From NCBI RefSeq assembly GCF_000143415.4, contig NW_003314333.1:372001-436000 (forward strand): a DNA stretch of 64,000 nucleotides, read 5' to 3'. The notes under the pieces were generated by a model that did not search any database, had not been told where the DNA came from, and saw only the letters and a list, made by a program, of their open reading frames with translations. Every line of letters starts with the position of its first letter. Within the stretch, counting starts at the first letter, position 1. The position numbers and the translations under genes were made by a program. Source of the DNA: Selaginella moellendorffii (lineage: Eukaryota; Plantae; Lycopodiophyta). Of the stretch, positions 37,913-49,409 are shown piece by piece.

Positions 37913-38171
37913 TCCTACACTCTAAATAAACTGAAATTTCAATGCTGAAAGCATTCCTTGTCAGTATTTATACTAACAAAAGATCTAGGGGTTCTTGAAA
38001 GTTTAAATTGTCAGTCTCAAAAATAGGACTTTAGAATTATAACAGTGTCAGAACCACTTGTATATATAATAATATCTTTATACATGATAAAATACTATCA
38101 TTCTCGAAAATATAAGATTCTACAACTTTACTCATAAAGAATTATACTTTTGAAAAAACTATGCATGACTT

Positions 38172-38726
38172 TCACATTACATTAAAAGGTGGCCTAAATA
38201 TCCCATATTCAGCACTTACTGATGCAGTGTTCACTAATGGAATATTATTCTCCACCATGAAATCATAATAGCTGTGTGTTTTTAATTCTTTCTTGATTTT
38301 CTTATACATCCACGCATGCACACCTTCCAAACCCGCTCTTGGGCATTTGCGACAATGCTCAATAAAATTTACCAAACCCATGCAACCATCTATTTTGTTT
38401 ATATAAAAGTTGCATATAGGACACTGAAGATAATATGTATCTACATTAAGCTCCCCTGCCATATCTGGAGCGAGATTTTGAAGAAAATATTGACATCGCT
38501 CTTAGAGAATTGGAGGCAATCCAACTCTTTTAACAACATTATAAGGAAGAATTTCTTGTTCAGTTGCACTCGAGGTCGCAAATGGAACAGCCTCACAATA
38601 GCCCTTAAAATGAAAAAGAGGATTGTTACGTAGAGGTGAAGGTGGATTATTGGTTGAGATTGGAGATGGAGGTGGAGACTCATATGAAAGGCCTCTAGAA
38701 CCAAAAGTAAACTTTTTCCTAACCAT
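38172..38726 (-). pseudogene. Small Cys/His (putative zinc finger) protein, tandem paralog 2
   Basis: YESPPPSP...; CPICNFYINKIDGCMGLVNFIEHCRKCPRAGLEGVH...SAEYGIFRP; frameshifted. Confidence 0.6.
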
Positions 38727-39769
38727 TGCAACACATAAGAAGAATTAAACTTCCCAGCAATAAGAATTCTTTAATTAATATACTATATTTCAATCTCGGG
38801 AATGATGTTTTATTATGACATGATAATATATTGAATCATTATTGTCAGTCTCAGTAATTTCAACCTACTATGAGAGACAAGTGGTTATAGGGTTTCAGAA
38901 GCTAAAAACTAGCATATAATTAATATGAAGCTTTATTTTATATAGCCGGTCTACCATATATAATAATGGCGAATACACATAGGCACGCGAGTATGCCTTT
39001 TTGCAAGATTACCTTTCAATCCCAAAATCATATATAGATTTAACTCTTTGATTTATCCACATCATATATCTTTGCAAAGACAAAACATATCAAAAGGAAT
39101 AAGATATATATAAAAAACTTACTTTTTTTTATAATAATTTAGTGGATTACAAAAGCCATTGAAAGGTTTATAAAGTGGATTTATTAGTGCTTTCCGCTGT
39201 GTTGTCCATTTCTTCTTTTCTCTTGCTTTGGATTGTTGTTTCGGAAGTAACAAGAGCATTTTTATCAATAGTGACACTGGTCTCCACATTTTCGGATGGG
39301 TAATAAGGACTAGGCATGTAATATGGAAATTGTGGTATTGAAATAAAATTAACATTCTCCCATTTCTATATGCTAAAACTACTTATAGATTTTTTGTCTT
39401 CCTTCCTTCCCATCTCTGTAAACCCTAAAGAATGAACAAGTGAATCAATGTTTTAAATTATTTATATATTTCTGGTCAATTGTTGAAATGTACAATAGAA
39501 ATTTTAGGTTCATTCGAACTTCAATATTCCCATTTTATTTAGGACCAATAAAGCTTAAAATTTTCTATGGGTTCAAACGAACTTCTAATTCTAGAAATAG
39601 TATTTTATTGTATAAATTGCATTAGAAAGATTCAAAAAATAGAAATTTCTCTGAACCATTGATACTTAAATTCATAAATTCAAGTTCACCAAAGAATAAG
39701 ATTTTTTTGACTTAATATTTCCTTATAAAACTTATGGTTGACTATGTTGACTAGCATTGACTTGAGCTG

Positions 39770-39797
39770 AATTGAGCTCAACTCGTGAACTCAACTC
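39770..39797 (-). repeat. Right subterminal inverted repeat
   Basis: AATTGAGCTCAACTCGTGAACTCAACTC is the reverse complement of the left repeat with one mismatch. Confidence 0.85.
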
Positions 39798-39814
39798 AAC
39801 TTTGGACCATCCCC

Positions 39815-40250
39815 GGTTTGTGATTTGTCAACACCACAAATATTACACCATAAAGATAGTGTTGCCACATCTGCAAAGCATGAACACTAGAGAGTAACTC
39901 TTGCTCATTATGGAATAGCGTTACTCTATGGGATTCAAAGTTCGACTGTTATATAAAATATGCTATCCCTTTTGCATAAGAACTCCAAACAAAAAATCAG
40001 ATTAATTTTCATAGATACACTTGATAAACTGCCTTAATAATGCACTCAACACTTTATATGAACAAGTATATTAATGAGAAAATTTATCACTCTTCCCCTT
40101 CTGTAAAGGCATTAATGTGTTCCACTGCTCATTTGACAAAAAGGTCACTTACACAAAGACAAGATCACCCACCTTATACTCTAAGAATTGGTGATGCTCA
40201 TTAGAAAACTTGAACGAAGTTAAGCCCTTATTTTGCCATTTTTGGAAAGC
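39815..40250 (-). pseudogene. Old Ty3/Gypsy RNase H relic, right part
   Basis: GVLMQKG...SRTLNP...EQELLSSVHALQMWQHYLYG on the minus strand; right boundary approximate. Confidence 0.7.
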
Positions 40251-40415
40251 AACCCTAAATAATGGTGGAATTAAAATTGCATTTGGGTAAGGATGTTCAA
40301 GATAAGCTTGAGTCAGATAAATTTGACTCAGAGATGACTTATTTAGCTATAAAAACTAATGAGATTGTGGTGGTGTGCAAATGGAATTTGCAGGTAGCTC
40401 AGGTTAGAGCAAAGA

Positions 40416-40626
40416 TTGTAGGCAAATTACACCAATGGAAGATATAAATTTTAGTTCCATTGTGTTGGCTATTGTTGTAGGCAAATTGCACCAATGGAAG
40501 ACATAAATTTTAGTTCCATTGTGTTGGCTATTGTTGTAGGCAAATTGCACCAATGGAAGATATAAATTTTAGTTCCATTGTGTTGGCTATTTTTGTAGGC
40601 AAATTGCACCAATGGAATATATAAAT
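40416..40626 (+). repeat. 59-bp tandem repeat, about 3.6 copies
   Basis: TTGTAGGCAAATTGCACCAATGGAAG...TTCCATTGTGTTGGCTA starting at 40416, 40475, 40534, 40593. Confidence 0.92.
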
Positions 40627-42970
40627 CTTATTATCTCTACCTTTAACCAAATTTATGGCAAATACACGAATGCCAATAATAGAAGATGTAACCTTATTAT
40701 TAATATCATCTTTATTAAGACTAATGAAATATAATGACATCTTATTATATGCTTTTAAATTTGAACTTCACCCAACCAATACTACTCAAACCCAAGGACA
40801 CTTAACCCTAAATATCTTAAAACCTTTAATAGATTGAAAAAGAAGGTGCACTCTTATTCATGGGCCCTTTCCTTTATATTTGAAGTTTATAGATCATTTT
40901 TCAAGGTGATCTTTTTTGTTGCTTATAATCTATCATATTTCCCTACAAATTCATGCCCTTGTGAATGAAAGTTAAGATAGTTTTGTTGAGAGCCCTCTTG
41001 ACAAATTAGATCCCTATTAAATGTTAATCTCAACATGTGGTATGATTCTTTTACCTAACCAATAGAGTTAGACCTGAAACCGCTTCGATAACAAATGTAA
41101 GCTTTTAAATTTGGACTTCTTATGACGTCATCAAAGGACACTTAACCTCAAATATCCCAATACTGTTAATTGAGTAAAAAAGAGGGTGCACTTTTGTTCA
41201 TGGGCCTTTTCCTTTTATATTTTAACCCTATAGATTGTTTCTCAAGTCATTCTTTTTGGTTGTTTACACTTATTTTATTTTAATCTCAACTTTAATAATG
41301 TTAATATCACAGCATCACCTCAATACTATCAATACCAAAACAAAGTTAGAATAAAGCAAGAGTGAATCACCATTCAAAACTTTTTAACAACCAAGCTAAC
41401 TAAGGTCAAAGATACCTTACTTAATCTTTAAGACCAATTCTTTAATAATCCTCAATTATAGATAACACATAATCAAGGAGTGAATCACCGTGTCTGAGAT
41501 TTAATGTAATCCAACACTATGGACTAAACACAACTATACAATATCAATAGAGGTGGAACTAATATGCAAACATAGAAAAATTATGAAAGCCCAAGAACAC
41601 GATTCTTAGTAATACTATTTGGTAAATAAGCCCATCACTGCTAAATAATCATTGAGCTAAGCAAGTGCTAGTAATCCTTGAAAAAACCTATAAGTAATCA
41701 CTAATCGCAAAACAACCAAACACTAAACTCATATCATTGAGTTATATACTTGTCTAATAAGAAGGTAAGACACTAGGTACAACATATAAAAACTTGGACA
41801 AGTACGAAAAAATGACTACTTGAATCCAATCTAACTGTGATAAGTTCACTAACACATTTAGCTAATAACTCTGAGCATAACTAAAGAGGCTAAGTATGCA
41901 TAATTAACATTTAGTTGAAACTAAAGTGAAGATCATGAGATAGATTTATATGGTATACAACTTCCTAATGGACAAGGCTTCAATATAAGTACTAACATCT
42001 CAACTGCAAACAACTAAATTGGATATCACTATCCTTAACAATGGCACAAGGCCACCAAAACTAAGTCAAAATCAATGAGAACTCACTACTCTCATAGAAT
42101 TTAATGAAATACAAGGTGCAATATGCCATTAAGCATAATGTATAAAAGAAAAGTATAAGTGTCATTTTTCTAGAAAAATGCAACTAACTACTTTTCTACG
42201 CTAATACTAGACCTTATCCAACTTAATTGCCTTAGCTTTAAAAGTTAGTATTCCTTTTGGGCTGCATCATACAAACTATTTATTAAGGATAAGTCAACTA
42301 AAGTTAAGTCTAACCCTTTTACTAGCTTGCAATGGCTCATGAAAACAAAATGGTTTCCAAGAAAAATAATCAATAAATTAGCCATTGGAAAAGTTTAAGA
42401 AATTTTTTGGAAATTTTTCCATCCTAAATAAAAAATGACTTAACCAACTTCCTCCTACTTACAACTTCATATCAATTCATTTCAACACAAATTCTCATGA
42501 CCCAATAAAATGCATAAGCATCTACCAAAATGCCTATATCTTAATATCAAATATTGACATCCACAAAAATGCAAAATAAACATCCAAGATTGGATCATAA
42601 AAACCATATCTTTAGATATCTATATTGCACTAACACTCTTTTTTAATCACTTTCAAGATCAAATATGAAACCAAAACACTAATAATAAAAATAATAGGCT
42701 CTAAGGACAACTTCTCATCACTCAATTCCACTAATACAAATGTTACCAATGCCAATGTTTTAACTACATACTTTCTCCATCTAACATTTAGAGTAGTCCA
42801 AGTGTTAATAACTCCATTAACAAGCTATAATAAATAAATGCTATAACCTTCTTAAAACTCAATATGCAACTCTCAAGGAACTAAGGTACCAACTTAAATT
42901 TAACATAATGGATTACCAACTAAATTACTCAAGGAGCAATAGTAAAGTTCTTTGAGAAAGAATAGAGCAT

Positions 42971-43615
42971 TGTAACTCAAACTTTCCAATGGTAAACCTG
43001 AGTCTGAGTACTAATACAGATTGTGGGTGAAAGCCCAAACAAATTTGGGGTAAAAGGTTGCAAGGACTTTTAAAAGTATAATAAAGATAGTGAAGTTAAA
43101 GATTTAGTCTTGAAAGAATTCTTTAATGGTGCTTCCAAACGAAGTTGAGGCTAGAATTAAGGGTTAGTAATCTTGGGTGGGAGTGAAGATAAACTTGGGA
43201 GTGTTAAAAAAACTCTTTAAAGAAGTGCTCAAAAATAACTTCTACTCATGGAAAAGAAATTAACTAATTATGCTCTTGGTTCATGTGAAATGGTGCTTCA
43301 CTTGAGTACTATAAGGCTCATTCTCTTTCTAGGGGCTTGGGCCTTCCCTTTGGGATAGAGGTGGGGAGTTAAAGTATGTATACTAAGCCATTAGGCCATG
43401 GTGTTAGGATTTAGAGGGTCTCATGAGCAAATTTTGTTGTACCAAAAGATGTTAAAGTTTCATATGCTTGGCTACTTATGCTTAAGGGAGTATAACCTAA
43501 TTTAAATTTAATCTATCCTTGGGAAAGGAATTGGGAAAAAGTGTGAGAATCTATAAAGTGATAGTTAACACCCATTGCTTATGTAATGAGTAGTTGAACC
43601 TAAATAGAATCAAAC
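42971..43615 (+). mobile_element. Highly degenerate (AT-shifted) LTR related to family A
   Basis: Colinear with 9660-10345 (GGGTGAAAGCCCAAA, GGTGCTTCCAAA, CTAGGGGCTTGGGCCTTCCCTTTGGGAT, GGATTTAGAGGGTC); lacks most of the hexamer array; boundaries approximate. Confidence 0.8.
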
Positions 43616-44157
43616 CAAAGTTAATACAATTTAAAACAAAGGCAAAGGTGGTTCATAAATCTAAAGATTGAAGATTGAAGAATATTTTAAGAATCTTTAA
43701 CAAAAGAACTTAAGATTTAGAGATAAGAATGAACTAGAAAAAAAGCACTTGCAAGCATTGACATAAAGAAACAAAGCAAAAACTCAAAAGTATGGGAAAA
43801 ACACTGAGAAAATAATCCAAAATCTTGAGAGATCAAAATGGAATCATGCTCAAGGAAGAAAACATGATTTTTTATTATGTTGCTATGTGTTGCACCAGCT
43901 CTATATTCTTATGCTTCTTGGACTCTCTCCTTAAACTGATACCTAACCTAGGCAATAACAGCAACATTGGCCAGGGGAAGTTGGACTTAGATTTTCTGGA
44001 GCTTCTGCTCTTATTGCAGTTGCAACTATGCAACCCAGGAAGTAGAAGGCTGAAGAACAAAACAAACAAAGAGAAACGAATCCATCAACGTCGAGTGCTG
44101 TTGTCGCAAAGGACGGTCACTAGACTGGTAAGGGAGAGATGTATTCTTAAATCGTTC

Positions 44158-46221
44158 TCATGCAATGTGTGTTCCCCGATGAGCTCGGCAACAGTAAAAG
44201 ACCAGCTGATCAGTGCGAGACCATCTTCGACATGGCCGGGAAATGCCGTTTTCAACCACCGCACCAGGACATTTCTTGATCGCTTTCTTTTCCAGACTCC
44301 CGGCTGGTCTCAGGTTTAGCAACTCATCGAGTGCTAACAAACACCTGTGAACGTCACCCAGCTTTTTGAACATAAGAGGTTGACTGGTGACTGCATTCCA
44401 ATTTACGGACAAAACCTCATTATCTGAATCCTCCTCCTCAGGTTTATCTGAATCCTCCTCTTGTGGATCTGCCTGTGCATTGATGTAGTTGACGACGTTT
44501 GCCTCAATCTCTCCCAAATCATCCTGCGTCACACTCTCAGGCATCAGGTAAACAAACTGATGCTCTACACTTAAATTCCTCGACAGCCATCTTGGCAGCA
44601 CCTGCTCCTGCCAAACACCGTGTGATCTCTTCCTTTGTTTAGTCTTCCATTTTGAAACCGTGATTTGCACTGCCTTGATCGTCAGCACAGAACCCTCTAG
44701 CCTCAGGTAGATGACATCCAAGGCTTTCTCGTTGAACGCCTCAGGTCCAACCAGCACACCGTCAGCGAGCTCTTCTGTCGACAAGTCCCTGAGAAATTTT
44801 GCTTCACGTCCATGCTTGTATGTCTTGTAGTACTTGAACTCTAACCCTTCCCACAGCTTCCCTTGATACCTCATCACTGAAACAATCAAACCTTCCACAT
44901 TCCAGCCGACGCGAGGCGGATTCCTGTTCGTTCCTGTGCAATCCATTCTCACAGCACCTACCCAACGTTGAATGTCTTCATACTGGAGAGTGCTCTTCAA
45001 ATTCTTGTTCTGTTCCATGATGTAGAACTCCGCTCTAGACCGTAAGTATGGGCACAGGAGCCTGAACCTGGAACCGTCCTTGTAAAAACAAGTGAGATCC
45101 ACTGGCCCCTGAAGGAGAGCACTTAGCTCACCCCTTGTAACCAAGTCCAAGGCAGCTGCGAGCTGCTCCTTAGTGGTCTGCAATGCAATGAACTTATCAA
45201 ACAACTTTCTTGTGTAAGTTTCTTCGATCTTCTCCATGAACTTGTTACTGTTTCCCTTCACTTCCTCGAAGAACCTCAAAAGCCGAGGTATTCCACCGGT
45301 TAAACGTTCAAGCGCTTTGAGTTCGGTCTTGTCAAGACTCGACTGCGCAATCCACGTTTCCAGCTCACTGCTGTTGTAAGGTCCATCAAAGTCGAAACTC
45401 GGTAAAGGCTTGTCGGTGACGGTGGTGATCCTGCGCTCCCTACTGTTGGTCGAAGACAGCTTAACAAGGATATGGCGAAACGACACTGCCTCCTTCAAAG
45501 ACGACATTAAGCTTGGAAAATCCTCAAACTTATCCCAGTCGTCTACCACGAACAGCAATGGATCGTTTATTCGGCGCCGACACCAGCCAACCAGCTCACC
45601 CAGCGTAGTCATCTCAGCCACACTTTCGTCACCTCGCGTGGCCACTAACAACGCATGTTGAAGAACGTCAGCCGGAGATTCAACGAAACGACGGGTAGAA
45701 ATGTAGACCACTGGTTTTTTCTGCACCCCGAGCATGTAACCGGTAATGGAGCTCATGACGGTGGTTTTTCCGGTTCCTTTAGCTCCCTGAACCTGCAACT
45801 GAGCACCCCTGCGCAGCCTCGAAATCCTGTCCAGTAAATCCTTGGCTTTGGCCCTGCCTATGTACCTGTATTCTTCGGACTCGTACTCACTGCTAAAGCT
45901 GCGGGTGGGTTGTATGAGAGTTTGGAACTTGGTCGTATCCCACAAGAAATCATCCGGCATGTTGCCATAGACGGCCTCAAGCTCGTCGAGAAGCCCCAAG
46001 GCCTCCTCAATCAAGGAAATACCTGGGTCGCCACGCTGCCGCTTCCTAGATGCGTCTCCCATAGGCTTGAAGCCGCAAAACCTAAGAGGATGATGGTTTT
46101 TATCAATTTCTGCACGGCATAGTCCCTGAGAAACGCAACATACCCATGTCCTCAAATATACGCAGAGATACTTTGGAAACACCGCTTGATCCCTGTAAAA
46201 TTGATTTGATGTTCGCACCAT
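44158..46221 (-). CDS. Crinkler/RHS-type P-loop NTPase + PD-(D/E)xK nuclease protein (intact, intronless; alternative start at 46062)
   Basis: Walker A GAKGTGKT, Walker B LFVVDDW, LTGGIPRLL, PEAFNEKALDVIY...AVQITVS, basic RKRQR, C-terminal Cys/His cluster. Confidence 0.75.
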   Translation of the reverse strand: MVRTSNQFYRDQAVFPKYLCVYLRTWVCCVSQGLCRAEIDKNHHPLRFCGFKPMGDASRKRQRGDPGISLIEEALGLLDELEAVYGNMPDDFLWDTTKFQTLIQPTRSFSSEYESEEYRYIGRAKAKDLLDRISRLRRGAQLQVQGAKGTGKTTVMSSITGYMLGVQKKPVVYISTRRFVESPADVLQHALLVATRGDESVAEMTTLGELVGWCRRRINDPLLFVVDDWDKFEDFPSLMSSLKEAVSFRHILVKLSSTNSRERRITTVTDKPLPSFDFDGPYNSSELETWIAQSSLDKTELKALERLTGGIPRLLRFFEEVKGNSNKFMEKIEETYTRKLFDKFIALQTTKEQLAAALDLVTRGELSALLQGPVDLTCFYKDGSRFRLLCPYLRSRAEFYIMEQNKNLKSTLQYEDIQRWVGAVRMDCTGTNRNPPRVGWNVEGLIVSVMRYQGKLWEGLEFKYYKTYKHGREAKFLRDLSTEELADGVLVGPEAFNEKALDVIYLRLEGSVLTIKAVQITVSKWKTKQRKRSHGVWQEQVLPRWLSRNLSVEHQFVYLMPESVTQDDLGEIEANVVNYINAQADPQEEDSDKPEEEDSDNEVLSVNWNAVTSQPLMFKKLGDVHRCLLALDELLNLRPAGSLEKKAIKKCPGAVVENGISRPCRRWSRTDQLVFYCCRAHRGTHIA

Positions 46222-47687
46222 TTTAGATTTTGCAAAGAGGTGCTACCTTTCCCGATAGTAACAAGCCTGCTCAATTGCGACGTCGGTCTGCTTCCCCCTG
46301 CAATATTTTCCTGTCAATCTCGTCCAAAACGCCACTTACTCATCGTCAGCAGTTAGTGATGAAGAGCGAGCTGAGCTTTTCGTTGCTTCAGCTTCACCCT
46401 GAGCATAAACTCATTTAAGATAGAACAAAGAAAAAAGCAAGTACTTTGTCTTCGGCATGCCAATGCTGGGAAAAGGGATCTCACAAGGTCTGCATCAGAG
46501 CTGGTAGCCAGACTACCAAGGCTCATGGCTGCACGCTTTGAGCTTAGAGGACATGGTTTGCTGATTGGGAGCGCTATTCATGCACGTCCGCTGCTAGAAA
46601 ACGGAACAACGGCTGGCCATGGACCCTGCAACGACATAATCTAAAGCCCAACTGCTGAGGAAGCTCCCTATTTTAAGCAAAAACACGTCTCCTCTCAAAA
46701 TAAGGGAAAAACCGAGCAGACAAAATGGACCTAGCAGTGTCACAGAGTTGAACAGGACATCCTTGATCACCTGCAAGCCATCACTTTGATTTTGAGACAA
46801 AGTGTATATCTATCTTAGTTACTATAGAACAATATAGGTATTTGAATCTGAAACGTGGCCTTCTGCATATATACTCCCATCATGGACATGCACAAAACAA
46901 CTTCCTGGGAAGACATTCACTCAGGATTAATCTAAATGAAGGCTAGAGTAGAGAGTTTTGCATCAGCCTATGCTAAGCAATCACATCGTATGAGAATTTT
47001 ATTGCATTGGAAATTGTTTGCTAAGCATTTAATTAAGTTTATTGGAACCATTAAATCTATAGAAGTTGTATTCATCAATTAGGAATATAAGGAACATCTT
47101 GTTCCTTTATTGATTTATTTAGTTCCTGCCTAAGTGGGAGCTAAGTCTCTGGAGGCAAGAGATTGGCTGATGTTTTTGAGCTAAGATCAAATTAATGAAA
47201 GTCAATGAAAGTCAATATAATCCACCAAATACAAAAGTTGATGTTCAAATGATTGGTTCGGGACAAACCAAAAATTTTAATCAAAACTTAAAACATATTT
47301 TCAGTCCAAGAAAAAACTAAATAATATAAGTCCAATAAGAAAATAAATATTATGAGTCAAAGAAAAAGCTCTATATTACCACTAAAAAATTTAACTAAAA
47401 AAAAACTAAACTTAGTCTTCTTTGGCATCCACATCCATAAAAGGAATTTATATAATATTATGCTCTCTAAATATGGGCTCTTGTTGTATATAAGCTTGTG
47501 CCATTGCTTTTGCATAACATGGCAAATCATAACCCATGTCATCAATCCACTTAATATACACAACCATGATGGAATTACTATAATGAGAAATTTATATTTT
47601 ATTATCACTTGTTATGAAATGTCCCAAGAACACCTTCAAATGTACTCTCCTTATCCAATGCCAAAACTGCACAGCTAGTCTCTTTAG

Positions 47688-49409
47688 TGTAAGCGATTAA
47701 ATTTTCCACTCTACTTTAGTCACTTAACCACACCTCCAACCACTTGGAGGAGTCTCATTCACAACCTCCATAAGTCCCATTCAGGACTTAGGGCTTGCTA
47801 GCCCCGAAGGTGGCATCCATGCCACTCAACCTTTGCACTTGGTCCAAGTGCTCCACGTGTCCGATCCCATGACCGACACCCCAAGGTACCACTGATATAT
47901 GAGCCTGTTATGCTAGGCCACGCTCATTCACCTTGGTCACATCAGTGGTCTAACACCACCTACATTGCAATCCCGTCTCTCCAAGACTGGGCCATCCGTC
48001 CATGAGTGATCATCCCAGATCCACTCGTTAGCATCTTTAGGATGCCCCCAGACATGGGGAATAACATTCACCAATATCCCCTTTCTGGTCCCCACCAAGT
48101 CCCTTTCTGCCCCTGGCCGTGTTTGCCAACACTACCATTGGATTGAGGCCCACAGGCCCGACCACTAAGTCCCATGGTCCTCTGGGACTTCTTCACCACA
48201 CGACTGTGTCCTTGGTCACTACCCCAGAGGATTGCTCCTCTTCCTTTCCACAGTCTAGGCCTTTGGGACAACATTTCGGAACACCGTGGCCTTACGCGAG
48301 TCACCTGGGTACTCTCCCTGCCTTTCGCCTTTAGGTGCTCTAGCCATGGGCTTAGAGCGAGGTTCCGTTGAGCCACGCCTGGTATCCAAGTAGGTAGTGC
48401 CACCCACACTTGGACTGGGAGCATCGGCCAGTCAATCTCCCGGGGGAACTAGAGCCGGCTCTTGAACACTTCGCCAAGCTACCCCGCTTGTCGGTCCGTA
48501 TTCACTCTAGTCTTGGACTTCCCAGTGGTCAGTTCATCACCCAACACAGGGTCTGGCCTTCCTGGGCCAAACTGGCCTTTCCTGGCCAAACTGGCTCCAT
48601 TGCAGTCCTCCCCCTTACTATACTTTTGGAGCTCACCAAACCCCCCAGGGTCTGGGAGACGAACGCTTTGGGCTTTCACCCTCTCAGACTCGAACTCGGG
48701 CTCGGACTCGGACTCGGACTCGGGCTCGGGCTCGGGCTCGGTCTTAGCCTTGGCCTCGGTCTCGGTCTCGGTCCCGGTCTTGGTCCCGGTCTCGGTCTCG
48801 GTCCCGGTCTCGGTCCCGGTCCCGGTCCCGGTCTCGGTCTCGACCTCAGACTCCATCTCGGGTCCTTCTCGGACTCCATCTCGGACTCCATCTCGGACTC
48901 CATCTCGGACTCCATCTCGGACTCCGTCTCGGTCCATCTCGGACTCCATCTCGGGTCCATCTCGGACTCCGTCTCGGTCCACCTCGGACTCCACCTCAGA
49001 CTCCATCTCAGGTCCATCTCGGACTCCATCTCGGACTCCATCTCGGGTCCATCTCGGACTCCGTCTCGGTCCACCTCGGACTCCATCTCGGACTCCACTT
49101 CGGACTCCATATCGGACTCCACTTCGGGTCCATCTCGGACTCCAACTAGGGTCCGTCTCGGACTCCATCTCGGACACTTCCACATGTTATGTGTTGGTCC
49201 TTTTTGGGTCCCTTTTTGGAGCCTCACTTATTGCTCGCTTCGTGCTTGTTCCTCGAGCACTTTGTTGGGAGTTCCACTCCCGCTCTCGACCTTCCAAGTC
49301 GGAGCTTTTAGTCCAAACGTGTTACCCTCATTTGGGCTTTCGCTTCGGCCACTACCACGTGGCACCTTTTCCAGCTCCACTTTGGGGCCTAGGGATTTTG
49401 TGTCTCACA
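47688..49409 (-). repeat. 3' LTR of family B copy 2
   Basis: Direct repeat of 53386-55095 with TG...CA termini. Confidence 0.95.

Larger units (their letters stand above)
15600..39814. mobile_element. 24.2-kb composite DNA transposon (Mutator/MULE-like)
   Basis: TSD GGTTTGTG at 15592-15599 and 39815-39822; 28-bp subterminal inverted repeats with 1 mismatch; precisely interrupts a Gypsy RNase H; MULE-type transposase near the left end. Confidence 0.85.
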
